A stretch of DNA of 64,000 nucleotides, taken from Nibricoccus sp. GTDB taxonomy: Bacteria; Verrucomicrobiota; Verrucomicrobiia; Opitutales; Opitutaceae. A program made the position numbers and the translations under genes. The stretch's first letter is position 1. Each line of letters begins with the position of its first letter. Below the pieces are notes generated by a model. That model was not told where the DNA came from. It made no database searches and was given only the letters and a program-made list of their open reading frames with translations. The stretch spans positions 896,001 through 960,000 of the forward strand of contig JASGHG010000001.1 in assembly GCA_047602425.1 (NCBI GenBank). The letters are read 5' to 3'. Shown here piece by piece: positions 10,701 through 21,320 of the stretch.

Positions 10701-12422
10701 ATGAACGAGTCAGGGTCTATAAAGAACGAAACGAAGTGGAGTTGGATGTGGTTTCCCGCCGTCTGTGTACTGTTGGTTCTCTTCAAACTGTGGCTCGTCT
10801 CCGCCCAGACAGTGCTGGCAGTCGGCCATGCCAGTCATGATGACGCGCTGTTTATCAATCTTGCGCGGCATATTCTCGGTGGACGCTGGCTCGGCCCGTA
10901 CAATGAACTCACTCTCGCTAAGGGCCCGATGTACTCGCTTTTCATCGCCGGGTCATTTCTTCTGGGTATTCCTCTTTTCACCGCCCAGCACCTGCTCTAC
11001 ATCGCAGCCTGCGGTTTTCTGACGCGCGCCTTCCGGCTGCTTGTGCCTAATCGCTGGTTTTTGCTCGGTCTTTTTGCCGTATTGTTGTTCAATCCAGTCA
11101 CCTACGACGCCAGTACCCATTCCCGCGTGTTGCGCCAGGACATTCTGCACTCGCTCGTGCTGATGATTCTCGCAGGCCTCGTCGGACTGTACGCGTGTCG
11201 CGAACAACCAAAAAAACGCCTTCTCCCCTGGATTCTTCTACTCGGCATATCGCTCCCTGCCTTCTGGCTAACCCGAGAGGAAGGCGTTTGGTTGATGCCC
11301 TGCGTGATTCTAGTCTGGGCGTTCACCGCTTTCGCCATCTGGAGGCAAAAACCAGCAGACCTCACCGCCCGCATCGCACTGCTCATCGTTCCCGCTGTGA
11401 TGTGGCTGTCGGGTCTGGCGATTGTAGCTGGTTTAAACAAAGCCTACTATGGCGTCTTCACAACCTGCGAGTTTCGCCAGAGCGAATTCAAATCCGCGTT
11501 CGGTGCCATGCTACGAACCGCCCCCAAAGACTACCCACTCTACCTGCCCGTCACCCGCGAAGGTCGGGAAAAACTCTACACAATAAGCCCGACGTTCGCG
11601 AAATTGCGCGCGCATTTGGAAGGCCCGACCGGCGAAGCCTGGGCGGGAATTGGCGAATTCGTCACCCACAAGCCACCGGCCGAACGCGAAATCGCCATGG
11701 GCTGGCTAATGTGGGCGCTACGTCGGGCAGTCGTTGAAACTGGCCAAGCCAAAAATGCCGCCGAAACCATGGCCTTCTACAAAAAAATGGCCGATGAAAT
11801 TAACACCGCTTGTGACCGCGGATTAATTCCCGCCCGAGCCAAAATGGGCGGATTCATTCCCCCAATCGAGAAACAGCAGCGTGACGCTTTTATAACCGTA
11901 CTGCCCAAAACCGCTAAATATTTTGTGTCTTTCGGCGATATAACTCCTGTGACTAATGGAGGTAGTTCAGGCACAGCCGAAGAGCTTGTCTGGTTTACCG
12001 ATCTCACTCGTGGGCGCTTAAGCCCCGGGCCAGGAGTGCCAGCCATTCCAAGGCGACAAGCCCGCCTCGATCAGCTCCGCGTTAGCATTCTGTCTTGGAT
12101 CACCGACGTGTACGCTGCGCTCACTCCCTGGATAGTCGTCCTGGGTTTGCTCACGTTGACTGCAAGTAGTGTCCTGATCCTCGCTAAACGGAGCTTCAAC
12201 TTCCACTTCCTGCTCAGTCTTGGGCTGATCGGATCGAACGCTGCGACAATCATCATCGTCTCTCTAATCGACGCCACTTCATTCCCCGCGCTGAATACCG
12301 GTTATTTTACCGGTGGCTACGCGCTCTGGATGCTGTTCATTTTTGTTTCATCGACCTCGTTGCAAACTGTCCTCACGAAACCTTCTCTATCCACGATCCA
12401 ACCTCTGGCATCAAAGCCATGA
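10701..12422 (+). CDS. Polytopic membrane protein, putative GT-C glycosyltransferase
   Basis: HDDALF after first TM, KGPMYSLF, TREE motif, many TM helices. Confidence 0.65.
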   Translation: MNESGSIKNETKWSWMWFPAVCVLLVLFKLWLVSAQTVLAVGHASHDDALFINLARHILGGRWLGPYNELTLAKGPMYSLFIAGSFLLGIPLFTAQHLLYIAACGFLTRAFRLLVPNRWFLLGLFAVLLFNPVTYDASTHSRVLRQDILHSLVLMILAGLVGLYACREQPKKRLLPWILLLGISLPAFWLTREEGVWLMPCVILVWAFTAFAIWRQKPADLTARIALLIVPAVMWLSGLAIVAGLNKAYYGVFTTCEFRQSEFKSAFGAMLRTAPKDYPLYLPVTREGREKLYTISPTFAKLRAHLEGPTGEAWAGIGEFVTHKPPAEREIAMGWLMWALRRAVVETGQAKNAAETMAFYKKMADEINTACDRGLIPARAKMGGFIPPIEKQQRDAFITVLPKTAKYFVSFGDITPVTNGGSSGTAEELVWFTDLTRGRLSPGPGVPAIPRRQARLDQLRVSILSWITDVYAALTPWIVVLGLLTLTASSVLILAKRSFNFHFLLSLGLIGSNAATIIIVSLIDATSFPALNTGYFTGGYALWMLFIFVSSTSLQTVLTKPSLSTIQPLASKP

Positions 12423-13300
12423 TCCGCTTCCTTCATAGCAAATATCGCAAAACTCGCACTTGGTTGTTGATCAAGCAGCCAGTGTTGCTCACGCCCCTCT
12501 TCTTTTACTTGGTCGAGTCCGCGGACAAACTTTTAAGAGCACGTAATCGCAAAACCATCCCTCTCACGCCAACGCCCGCGTGGAAGGAACAGTACCAGTC
12601 GATAATCGCCAGATCCCCGAAGAACCTCAGTCTATCCGCAGCATCGCCGGCCGCCTACGAAAGCGACGACTATAAAAATCCCAGAGGTGCAGTTAATGAT
12701 TGTTCCACCAACCCTCGTTTCAACCAGCAAGTCAGCCGATTCTTCGCGGGTAAAAGCCCTCTTTATATCCTGGATCTTGGTTGCGCCGGTGGAGGAATGG
12801 TCCGAAGTTTTCTCAACCAAGGTCATTTCGCAATCGGACTCGAAGGTTCCGACGCGCCAAAAAAACACAAACTCTGGGAATGGGCATTTATCCCTGAGCA
12901 TCTTTTCACCTGCGACATCACCCAACCTTGGGCGATAACATGCGGCGACAATGCCCCGGTCCTTTTCGATCTCGTCACTGCATGGGAGGTCATGGAGCAC
13001 ATCCCTGAATCCAAACTCGAGGGTCTGTTGAATAACATTTTTAAAAGCCTCACCGTCGGTGGCGTATTTATTTGCTCGATCGATTTCAGTCCCGACGGCA
13101 ACCCGCTACGAAACTCCGTCTACCACCAAACCGTCAAACCTTACGGCTGGTGGGCAAATCTCTTTGTCACGAAAGGCTTCCAGATTGTCGACCACCACCC
13201 GTTTGCCGTGGAAGATTTTGTTCGGGGCAATGGCCTCTCGATCAAGGATTGGCATCCGGCTGATGGCACTGGAGCACATTTTATACTTCGAAAGCTTTAG
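12419..13300 (+). CDS. Class I SAM-dependent methyltransferase
   Basis: ILDLGCAGG motif I; FDLVTAWEVMEHI. Confidence 0.85.
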   Translation: MIRFLHSKYRKTRTWLLIKQPVLLTPLFFYLVESADKLLRARNRKTIPLTPTPAWKEQYQSIIARSPKNLSLSAASPAAYESDDYKNPRGAVNDCSTNPRFNQQVSRFFAGKSPLYILDLGCAGGGMVRSFLNQGHFAIGLEGSDAPKKHKLWEWAFIPEHLFTCDITQPWAITCGDNAPVLFDLVTAWEVMEHIPESKLEGLLNNIFKSLTVGGVFICSIDFSPDGNPLRNSVYHQTVKPYGWWANLFVTKGFQIVDHHPFAVEDFVRGNGLSIKDWHPADGTGAHFILRKL

Positions 13301-13382
13301 GATATATTTAGCCGGACGAGCTAAAATCCTTGTCAGGACTGCGCAATGGCAGTTGCACCCATAGCCATCTAACGATGGCCAC

Positions 13383-14591
13383 TCACCGTCTTGCAACACG
13401 CTGCGCCATCTCCAGCAACAAAGTAAACGCGAAGGTCTGGAATCCCAAAATCACAAGCAATAATCCCAATACCGCACTGTGCGACACCTGTGCCAGCTGC
13501 ATTCGTTCGGAAAAATAGTACCAGACAAATTTTCCGAGCAGCAGAAGGCCGGCGACGATCAATCCACCCGAGGTAACCATACCCCGATTATAGCTCAGGC
13601 CGTGCTGCACCGAAGTCGCTATACCTGTGCGCATGCCGTGCATAATTCGGGCAATAATTCCGATTTGCAGGCAACTATAACCAAGAGTCGTACATGTTAC
13701 ACCAAAGAGGAGCCAGTGGAGACTAATGCCTATTCGACCAACTTGAAACGGGCCGTTTATACCAACGCTAAGAGAAAGAATAAGGCCGAAGAACGTCAGG
13801 ATCGTACCCGGTCGCATCAAAAACGAGTCAGGCGAGTATACGAGCATAACCTTCAAGTTGATCCAACCGGCAATCCAGGGCGACAGCCAGCCGGCACGGC
13901 GGTGGTGACTCAGGCGGCCTTCGCGGTCCTTGTAGAATTTCACCGGCACTTCCGCGATGCGCAGGCCCAGACGCGCCGCCTTCAAAACCATTTCCGAGGC
14001 GTATTCCCATGATTGCGATTTCAGGTCGATCTTCGCGAGAGCCTCTCGCGTCAATCCGCGCATGCCACAATGGATGTCCGTATACTTGCTGCGGTAAATT
14101 AAATTCAGGATCCACGTCGTCAGCGGCGTGCCAAAATATTGATGCAGCGGCGGCATCGCGCCGACCTCAATGCTACCGGCAAATCGACTGCCCATCACAT
14201 ATTCCGCCCCTTTCCTGAATTGGTCCACGAAGGGCGCGAGTTCGCGAAAATCGTAGGTGAGATCCGCGTCTCCCATGACGATCCATTTCCCACGAATAAA
14301 TGGAATTGCATCGATGTAAGCCCGCCCGAGGCCGCGCTTCGGCACGCGCAAAACTTCTCCACCCCGCTCCAGCACGAGGCGCGGCGTCTCATCAGTCGAA
14401 CTATCGACAATCAGTATTTGCCCGCGCACTCCGGCGCGTTTCAATCCTTCGTGACACCACTCCACAAATTCGCCCACCGTCAGCGCTTCGTTCAACGCCG
14501 GCACGACGATGCTCAGCTCCACCGGTTCAAGCTTTTGCCCGGGGGGCACGAGATGTTCCACCTGGGTGGGTGCGGGATTGGTTTCAGGCAT
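13383..14591 (-). CDS. GT2 polyprenol-phosphate glycosyltransferase (DPM1/GtrB-like) with C-terminal TM helices
   Basis: LSIVVPALNE, GLGRA, MGDAD, VMGSRF, DIHCGMR; start MPETN at 14591 overlaps the epimerase stop. Confidence 0.85.
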   Translation of the reverse strand: MPETNPAPTQVEHLVPPGQKLEPVELSIVVPALNEALTVGEFVEWCHEGLKRAGVRGQILIVDSSTDETPRLVLERGGEVLRVPKRGLGRAYIDAIPFIRGKWIVMGDADLTYDFRELAPFVDQFRKGAEYVMGSRFAGSIEVGAMPPLHQYFGTPLTTWILNLIYRSKYTDIHCGMRGLTREALAKIDLKSQSWEYASEMVLKAARLGLRIAEVPVKFYKDREGRLSHHRRAGWLSPWIAGWINLKVMLVYSPDSFLMRPGTILTFFGLILSLSVGINGPFQVGRIGISLHWLLFGVTCTTLGYSCLQIGIIARIMHGMRTGIATSVQHGLSYNRGMVTSGGLIVAGLLLLGKFVWYYFSERMQLAQVSHSAVLGLLLVILGFQTFAFTLLLEMAQRVARR

Positions 14592-15546
14592 GATTAATCT
14601 CCTCGCGCATCGCCGCCATCGAATCGCGCATCGCTTGCGACGAATTTCGCCGGCACGTCCAGCCAAGTGTTTTGATTTTTGCGCAATCAAACCGAACCAC
14701 CGGCACATCGCCTTTCCATCCACGATCGCCGCCGGTAAATTCGTAGTGCACCGCGCCAGGTTTGAGTCCGCACACGTCGGCCGCCAGATCCGCGATTTGT
14801 TTCACCGTAACATAATCGTCGGTCGCCACATTGAAAACATCGTAACAGGGCGCTGTCTGCTTCGCGGCGAGCAAGACCGCATCGAGAATGTCTTCGACGT
14901 GGATGTAGCTCTTGCTTTGCGAACCATCGCCGAGGATGCGCAACCGCGCGGGGTCAGCCTTCAATCGGCGCACAAAATCGTAGCCCACGCCGTGGGTTTG
15001 CCGCGGGCCGACCACGTTGGCGAAACGAAACGCCCGCGCCGTCAGCCCGAACATGTGACTGTACGCACAAACCAACGCTTCGCATGCCAGTTTGCTCGCA
15101 CCGTAAGTCGAAATCGGCAGGCACGGGCCATAATCTTCGCGAAACGCCACCTTCGCGTTTTCGCCATAAACGCCGCTGCCCGACATGTAGAGCAACTGCG
15201 GCACCTTGTTCACGCGAATCGCTTCCAAAACATTCTGCAAGAGGTAAGTTCCCTCCCAAAAATCGATGTCTGGCTGCGTCACCGCCTTGGCTATGTCGGG
15301 ATTCGCCGCAAAGTGAAACACCGCGTCAGACCCCGCCATCGTGCTCTTCAGTTTGTCTAAATCCTTGATGTCCGCCTCCACCACTTGTAGTCGCGCGTCA
15401 CCGGCCACATCGCGCAAATGCTGCCGCGTGCCCGACGTGAAATTGTCGTAGACCACCACCCGAACCACGTCAGGATTTTTCAACAAACGCGCGACAAGGT
15501 GACTCCCAATGAAGCCTGCCCCGCCGCTGACAAAAATATTCCGCAT
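14584..15546 (-). CDS. NAD-dependent epimerase/dehydratase (GalE-like SDR)
   Basis: GGAGFIG, YGASK, RFANVVG motifs. Confidence 0.9.
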   Translation of the reverse strand: MRNIFVSGGAGFIGSHLVARLLKNPDVVRVVVYDNFTSGTRQHLRDVAGDARLQVVEADIKDLDKLKSTMAGSDAVFHFAANPDIAKAVTQPDIDFWEGTYLLQNVLEAIRVNKVPQLLYMSGSGVYGENAKVAFREDYGPCLPISTYGASKLACEALVCAYSHMFGLTARAFRFANVVGPRQTHGVGYDFVRRLKADPARLRILGDGSQSKSYIHVEDILDAVLLAAKQTAPCYDVFNVATDDYVTVKQIADLAADVCGLKPGAVHYEFTGGDRGWKGDVPVVRFDCAKIKTLGWTCRRNSSQAMRDSMAAMREEINHA

Positions 15547-15685
15547 GGTGTTGAAGTGTGGAGGTGTTGAATTCGTTAAAAGAAGGGAACTTCAAACAGC
15601 GTCGCCCAATGGTGGCAAGAGGATCCTCACCCGTTCGCCCCGCCTCCGTTCTTCGCCTTCGTGCACTTTGGCCCTACCAATCAGT

Positions 15686-15785
15686 TTGTAGTCTATTAAA
15701 TGACAATCGTCCTGAGCGCGGTCCCGTCCTCCGCGGTCTTTCTTCTCCCGGTCGATCCTCACCGCAGTCATTTAATGGATGACAA
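15686..15785. repeat. Two inverted copies of a 21-bp quasi-palindrome TTGTCATCCATTAAATGACAA (third copy at 20604-20624)
   Basis: 15686-15706 matches the 20604 copy at 18/21; 15765-15785 matches its reverse complement at 19/21. Confidence 0.7.
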
Positions 15786-15990
15786 ACATTCCCCATCCAC
15801 TCTCAAGCAGGCCTACAAATTTCCTCGATTAGTCGGGATGCCGCGATGACACACCTCGCCCTTTCGGCCAGCGGTGGTCACATCCGCTTCGTTCGATTGC
15901 TAGCAAGCGCATGAAAAGTCCATGCGCTTTACTTTACGTCAAGTAAAGCCCCGCTTGCCCGCCGCGGTTCGATGGCCGCATGATCTTTCC

Positions 15991-16953
15991 ATGAACTGCT
16001 CCACCCCGCGTTGCCTGCAAGCAATCCTCTTCGTTTTGGCTCTTGCTCTTGTTTCCCCCACGGCCCGCGCCGCCAATCCCGCGATTGTCGATCCGCTCAC
16101 CGCCGATCCCGCCGCCTTGGTTCACAAGGGCACGGTTTACCTCTATACCGGTCACGACGAAGCCGACGAAAAACACCACGGCTATGTCATGAACAAATGG
16201 CTCTGCTTCTCGTCGACCGACATGGTCAACTGGAAGCAACACCCCTCGCCGCTCGCTTTCAGCGATTTCACTTGGGCGTTGAAAAACGCCTGGGCCGGCC
16301 AGGTCATCGAGCGCGATGGCAAATTCTTCTGGTACGTACCCATGGAGCATAAAACCATTCATGGTTTCGCCATCGGCGTCGCCGTCTCCGACAGCCCCAC
16401 CGGCCCGTTCAAGGACGCCAAAGGATCCGCCCTCATCACGAACGACATGACGACCGACGTGAAAATCTCCTGGGACGACATCGATCCCTCCGTCTTCATC
16501 GATGACGACGGTCAGGCCTACCTCTTCTGGGGGAACCAACGCTGCCGCTACATCAAACTTAAGAAAAACATGATCGAGACCGAGGGGCCGATCGTCACGG
16601 TCGATCTGCCGAAATTCACCGAGGCCCCTTGGGTCCATAAGCGCGGCAACCTCTACTACCTGAGTTACGCCTACGACTGGCCGGAAAAAACCGCCTACGC
16701 CACCGCCGAAAAAATCACCGGTCCCTGGATCTTCCGCGGCGTCATCCAAGAACTCGCGGGCAACTGCAACACGAACCACCAATCGATCATCGAGTACAAG
16801 GGCCGCAGCTATTTCATTTATCACAACGGCGGTACTCCACAGGGCGGCAGCTTCCGTCGTTCCGTCTGCATCGACTACCTCAATTACAACCCCGACGGCA
16901 CGATTCAGCACATCATTCCGACCTCCGAGGGCGTCGCCCCTGCCAAGGATTAA
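15991..16953 (+). CDS. Glycoside hydrolase family 43 (xylosidase/arabinofuranosidase), secreted
   Basis: Signal peptide; TADPAA, AWAG, DIDPSVFIDDDG, FTEAPW, TNHQSI motifs. Confidence 0.9.
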   Translation: MNCSTPRCLQAILFVLALALVSPTARAANPAIVDPLTADPAALVHKGTVYLYTGHDEADEKHHGYVMNKWLCFSSTDMVNWKQHPSPLAFSDFTWALKNAWAGQVIERDGKFFWYVPMEHKTIHGFAIGVAVSDSPTGPFKDAKGSALITNDMTTDVKISWDDIDPSVFIDDDGQAYLFWGNQRCRYIKLKKNMIETEGPIVTVDLPKFTEAPWVHKRGNLYYLSYAYDWPEKTAYATAEKITGPWIFRGVIQELAGNCNTNHQSIIEYKGRSYFIYHNGGTPQGGSFRRSVCIDYLNYNPDGTIQHIIPTSEGVAPAKD

Positions 16954-17136
16954 TTTCTCCCCTCGGCGGATCGACTTCCACGTCGACTGTGTCTCTGCGG
17001 TTCCGAACGGCGCGGAAATCGGTCCTCCATTGCCGCACTTTCGCCGTCACTGTTCGATGGGGGTCAAACGCCTTTTGACCCTCCGCCCTGGAAATAAACT
17101 TGTCCTCAGGCCCTGCTCCGGGGTTGCCTGCTCGCG

Positions 17137-17736
17137 ATGAAAAATCTGCTCGCCGCCTTTCTGCTCGCCACGGTTGTCATCTCTTCATCCGCCGCCGAAC
17201 CACCAAAACCCGTCACGGCCGCCGAGGAGGCCGCGCAGGCTCGCAAAGAATACGCCGAATTTCTCGCCCAGGTCATCACCGCTGAAAATGTAGCCGATCT
17301 CGTCGCCGTCATGGACCGTGTGATTGACGAAGCCGAGCATGGATTGGTCGACAAACAGCCCGACCCGGGTCTCGTCGAGGCCACCTCAAAATCCGGCCTA
17401 CGTATCGAGTTTTCCACGACGGATGCGAAACAGGCCATTATCTACTATCTGAAAATCTCCCGCGGCGGACCCGAACTTCGTTACGACGATGCCGTCAAGT
17501 TCGCCGCTCTTTTCACCGACCGCGCCGGTCTGCCCCACCCGCTCGATATCACCGAGGGCGACAAATCCACTTTCGCCGTCCGCTGGCTGTTCAAGCCGTC
17601 GGATTGGAAAAAATTTCTCAAGCAGATCAAAAAAGCCCGCGCCGAAAACCGCGCCGAGAAAAATCTCGCCCAGGCTTTTCTCAAGGCCGTCGAACGCGAA
17701 CTCGAGGCCCGCGCGGCCATTCAACAGGGCCATTGA
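17137..17736 (+). CDS. Secreted hypothetical protein
   Basis: Signal peptide MKNLLAAFLLATVVISSSAA; coding-like composition. Confidence 0.7.
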   Translation: MKNLLAAFLLATVVISSSAAEPPKPVTAAEEAAQARKEYAEFLAQVITAENVADLVAVMDRVIDEAEHGLVDKQPDPGLVEATSKSGLRIEFSTTDAKQAIIYYLKISRGGPELRYDDAVKFAALFTDRAGLPHPLDITEGDKSTFAVRWLFKPSDWKKFLKQIKKARAENRAEKNLAQAFLKAVERELEARAAIQQGH

Positions 17737-17998
17737 ACGGCCCGCTTTGCCATTTTTCACCGCAGGTTCCGGTCATCGGCGTAAAACCGCTGGGAAAATC
17801 CCTCTCCGCGCGAAAGCTGTGTTGCGTGGTGTCGTAACTACCTTTGACATGCCCCACCCAGTTTCCCCGCCCCGATGCCAGCCCTACCCCTTTTTCCAAA
17901 AAATCCCGCATCCCGACCGGCCGCGCAAGCATCTGAGCAATAACCCCTGATCGCTCTTCCTGCGGCAACTTTCCCCTTTCGTTCCTGTCCACCCCGCC

Positions 17999-19066
17999 AT
18001 GATTTTTCAGCCCGCCAATCCTCGCTTTCTCCCGCTTGGCGGCAGTCTGCCCCGGGGGTGGTTTGTGGGCGTTATTTTGGCTCTGCTGCTGACTTCAGCG
18101 GCGCTGGCTGACACGAAACCGAGCGTACCGCCAGCGAAACTTCCGCCCGCCGACTCCGCGGAGGAAACAGAGCCCGGCGACGATTCGCCCGATATTAAAA
18201 CCAGCAAGCCGTTCATGGGCGATCTTCGCACCCGCATGATGGAAGACCTTCTCCGCATGCGCGAATTCTTCGACACGACCGTTCCCGGCACGATGAAGAA
18301 GTACAAGCTGGTCTTGAGCTTTTCCCCGCGCTCGGCCGACGTGACCCGCGGCGAATTCATCCGCGTTTCCACTTTGCTGCGTTACGGCTTGCGCGACCGC
18401 TGGGAACTTTACGGCGGTGTCACGCCCTACGTTCCCAACCCATTCAACACCGGCAACGAACACCACTGGGGCATGGGTGAAGGCCGGACCGGTGTCCGCT
18501 ACAACTGGGGCAGTTGGGGCCGCGTCTTCGACAAAGTCACGGTGGGCATCGAGGGCCGCACGCCGCTCGGCAGTCCGCCACCCCGCCTGATCGACCGCTA
18601 TTCGCACATCGCCCCGTTCATCAATGCCTCGCGCCCGCTTCCCTTCGACGACACCACGCTCTTCGCCAACTTCACGTATGATCGCGCCGTCGATGCGCCC
18701 TGGCGCGCCGCCGCCCCCGCCTTTCCGTTGGCCATCCAACGCCACGTCTTCATCGCCACGCATAGCGTGCTCTATAAACCCAACGAATTCGGCGGCATTG
18801 CCTCCTACAGTTTCCGCCACTTCCGAGACCGCGGACTCAGCACGCACCTTGGCCACGAATTCAAAATCGGCGCCATCTGGGACGCCCCTCTCTGGCGCAC
18901 CCAATCCTGGGGCCTGCCGGGCAAATGGCAGATAGAAGTCTCCCCGCGTGTCACGTTGGAAGAGGGCGTCAAAACCGACACCGGCGTCTCGGTCCGCGTT
19001 CGTTGGCGCACCTCCGTTCACGAGGTCTTTTCGAAAAAGTCCTACCAGCGCAAACCGCGCCCTTGA
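17999..19066 (+). CDS. Hypothetical exported protein, possibly outer-membrane beta-rich
   Basis: Hydrophobic N-terminus; alternating aromatic/beta-strand-like segments. Confidence 0.65.
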   Translation: MIFQPANPRFLPLGGSLPRGWFVGVILALLLTSAALADTKPSVPPAKLPPADSAEETEPGDDSPDIKTSKPFMGDLRTRMMEDLLRMREFFDTTVPGTMKKYKLVLSFSPRSADVTRGEFIRVSTLLRYGLRDRWELYGGVTPYVPNPFNTGNEHHWGMGEGRTGVRYNWGSWGRVFDKVTVGIEGRTPLGSPPPRLIDRYSHIAPFINASRPLPFDDTTLFANFTYDRAVDAPWRAAAPAFPLAIQRHVFIATHSVLYKPNEFGGIASYSFRHFRDRGLSTHLGHEFKIGAIWDAPLWRTQSWGLPGKWQIEVSPRVTLEEGVKTDTGVSVRVRWRTSVHEVFSKKSYQRKPRP

Positions 19067-19245
19067 ACGAACGCCCCATCTTTGTTCCCACGGCGCTTCG
19101 GGAGGTTCGCCGTTGGCTAAAGACGAATCATCCTAAAACCACCTAACCGCCTCTTCTCCGTTCCCACGTTTCGGCGCCTGCTGGCTCCTCCGGTCTTTTG
19201 AAAATTCCGTCCGCGCCGGCCGTGAATTTCCCGTAGAGATGTCCC

Positions 19246-20106
19246 TTGCTCCACAAGACTGAAAACGTATTCTCCGCATCCACGGCAGCCGATTTTGCCG
19301 ACGCCCCTATGGACAATTTGTACACCTTGTTGCGCGCGGTCGACAACAGCCACGCCGAATACCCTTCGCCCGAACAAGCCAGCGAAATCCTCCAGCGCAA
19401 AAAAGCCTATTTCCAGGAAGAGGCCAAAACCAACCCGCTCGCCCGCGAGATCCTCCACAACGGCCGCATCGATTGCGATGCCGTCGACAAAACCACCGGT
19501 CGCCACACCTTTCTCGCCGGCCCGGCCACGTTTTTCCGCACTCACGAATTGCTCCGCTGCACTCGCCGGAAAAACCTCCCGCTTCAGATCGGCGGCAGGG
19601 AATTTTCCCACAACGAAGTCGTCGACTTCTTCGAACGCTGCGTGCCCAACGTCCAGCTTCACCACGCCCCTTGGTGCTCCCTCGCCCGCTACACCACTTC
19701 GCTCGGCCTCGCCTGGACCACCACGCTGCTCACCGCCCACTTCGTCGGCCGCAATGCCGACCAGCCCGCCCTCTTCGATCGCAGCGTGCTCTGCTACATG
19801 GTCCTCTATACCACGCTCATCGCCCTCGTCTACACCGCCTTCAAAACCAACCGCGACGTCCGCCACGCCGCCCCTTGGAATACCGCGCTTTACCTCGATC
19901 TCAACGCCGACCTTATCCGCCGCGATCTCGGCGCCGTCGCCGTCGCCCACAAAGACATTCTCCCCCGCCAAAAAGGCCTCTTCAAAACACCCGAATTCTA
20001 CTACGCCCTCGCGCGCAAAATCGAAAACCACGGCTTCGACACCGACCTCTCCGACCGCCTCCACGGCCGCAGCACCGCGCCCCTTTCCTTCAACGCCACC
20101 AAGTAG
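19246..20106 (+). CDS. Hypothetical protein with two hydrophobic segments
   Basis: Strong C bias at third codon position in this frame; alternative ATG at 19309. Confidence 0.6.
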   Translation: MLHKTENVFSASTAADFADAPMDNLYTLLRAVDNSHAEYPSPEQASEILQRKKAYFQEEAKTNPLAREILHNGRIDCDAVDKTTGRHTFLAGPATFFRTHELLRCTRRKNLPLQIGGREFSHNEVVDFFERCVPNVQLHHAPWCSLARYTTSLGLAWTTTLLTAHFVGRNADQPALFDRSVLCYMVLYTTLIALVYTAFKTNRDVRHAAPWNTALYLDLNADLIRRDLGAVAVAHKDILPRQKGLFKTPEFYYALARKIENHGFDTDLSDRLHGRSTAPLSFNATK

Positions 20107-20206
20107 AGATCCTCGGAGCAAGCCCCGAGGCATTGCCGAAATTGTAGGAGCGGCTTTACGCCGCGATTTTTCCGAACTGCAAGGCATCGTCGCCGCCTTT
20201 GACAAT

Positions 20207-20376
20207 TTATACCAAGTCGCAATTCAACCGTATAAATATTGCCGGCGTTCGATGGGTAGGGACGGACCACCGGGCCGTCCGTCCGCTCGGGCCATTCGCA
20301 GGCAACGTTGACGGACGACCCGGCGTGTCGTCCCTACCTCGGCCGTTTTGATATCTTTGAATGCAACTTGGTATAA
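20207..20376. mobile_element. MITE-like element: terminal inverted repeats enclosing an inverted GTAG-REP pair
   Basis: TTATACCAAGTCGCAATTCAA (20207-20227) vs TTGAATGCAACTTGGTATAA (20357-20376); inner GGTAGGGACG...CGTCCCTACC (20255-20338). Confidence 0.6.
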
Positions 20377-20473
20377 GTCCCTTCAAATTGCCCGATTGCT
20401 TCAAAACCGCACCAGTCGACATTAGTCCCTTCGACGTTCGACAGCGGCATTCGCGTTTCCTCCGCCGTTAAAA

Positions 20474-20500
20474 CTCCGTTCCCTCCGTTTCCTCCTGTAA
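20474..20500. repeat. 27-bp 9-nt-periodic dispersed repeat CTCCGTTCCCTCCGTTTCCTCCTGTAA
   Basis: Identical copy at 21435-21461; variant at 38913-38939. Confidence 0.75.
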
Positions 20501-20718
20501 GAAAAAACGTTTTCCTCAGCGCTCCGACGCTCGCCCCTCAACCTTCGGCGTTAGTAGGCGTGCACACGCCACCGATCTCAAGTGACTGCATCGGAAGAAA
20601 CCGTTGTCATCCATTAAATGACAAACAGCTCAGCCTCCAGCCTTCTCGATCCCTTCTCCCTCGCTTAAAAAATCTCTTTGCGCCTTCCGCGCCTTTTGTG
20701 GCCAATTCATCCTTTCCC

Positions 20719-21177
20719 ATGAAACTCTTCCCGGCGCTCCTCGCCGCCCTTTTGCTCCTTTCCGCCGGTTGCGCCTCCAACTACGCCTGGAAAGACCAGC
20801 ACGTCGATCTCCGCCAACGCAAACACTTCTACGTCGAGTCCGAACTCGCCGATAGCCACCAGCTCCACGTCGCGATCGCCGAACAACTTCGCGCCCTGGG
20901 CTACCACGCGACCTCCGGCTACCTCACCATGATGCCGAAGGACGCCGACGCCCTCGTCTCCTTCAGCAGCCGGTGGACCTGGGACTTCACAAACTACCTC
21001 ATAGAACTAAACATCCAGGTGCGCGACCCCGTGAGCGGCAAGATCCTCGCCAGCGCCGGCTATCACCGCCCCGGCATCGGCGGCACCTCGACCAAGGATC
21101 TCCTCCATCGCACCCTCTCCACCATTCTGGTCCCCAAACCACCCACCACCGGCATCCCGACCCCCGCGAAACCCTGA
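20719..21177 (+). CDS. Hypothetical lipoprotein
   Basis: MKLFPALLAALLLLSAGC lipobox. Confidence 0.75.
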   Translation: MKLFPALLAALLLLSAGCASNYAWKDQHVDLRQRKHFYVESELADSHQLHVAIAEQLRALGYHATSGYLTMMPKDADALVSFSSRWTWDFTNYLIELNIQVRDPVSGKILASAGYHRPGIGGTSTKDLLHRTLSTILVPKPPTTGIPTPAKP

Positions 21178-21320
21178 CGCTTTCCCCCCATCTTTCCTCT
21201 TTCTCCTTATCCTTCTTCTTTCTCCTCCTCCAACTCTCGCCGTCAGTTTCCCCGAAAGAGGATTGAACGATCATCGGATGTGAACCGAACAAATAAGGTC
21301 GTAGCCGCAAAACTCCAACT

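Noticed and set aside
19117..20311. Long overlapping ORFs (19117-20205 minus, 19295-20311 plus)
   Set aside because: Pro/Ser/Thr- or Gly/Val-rich shadows caused by third-position C bias of 19246-20106
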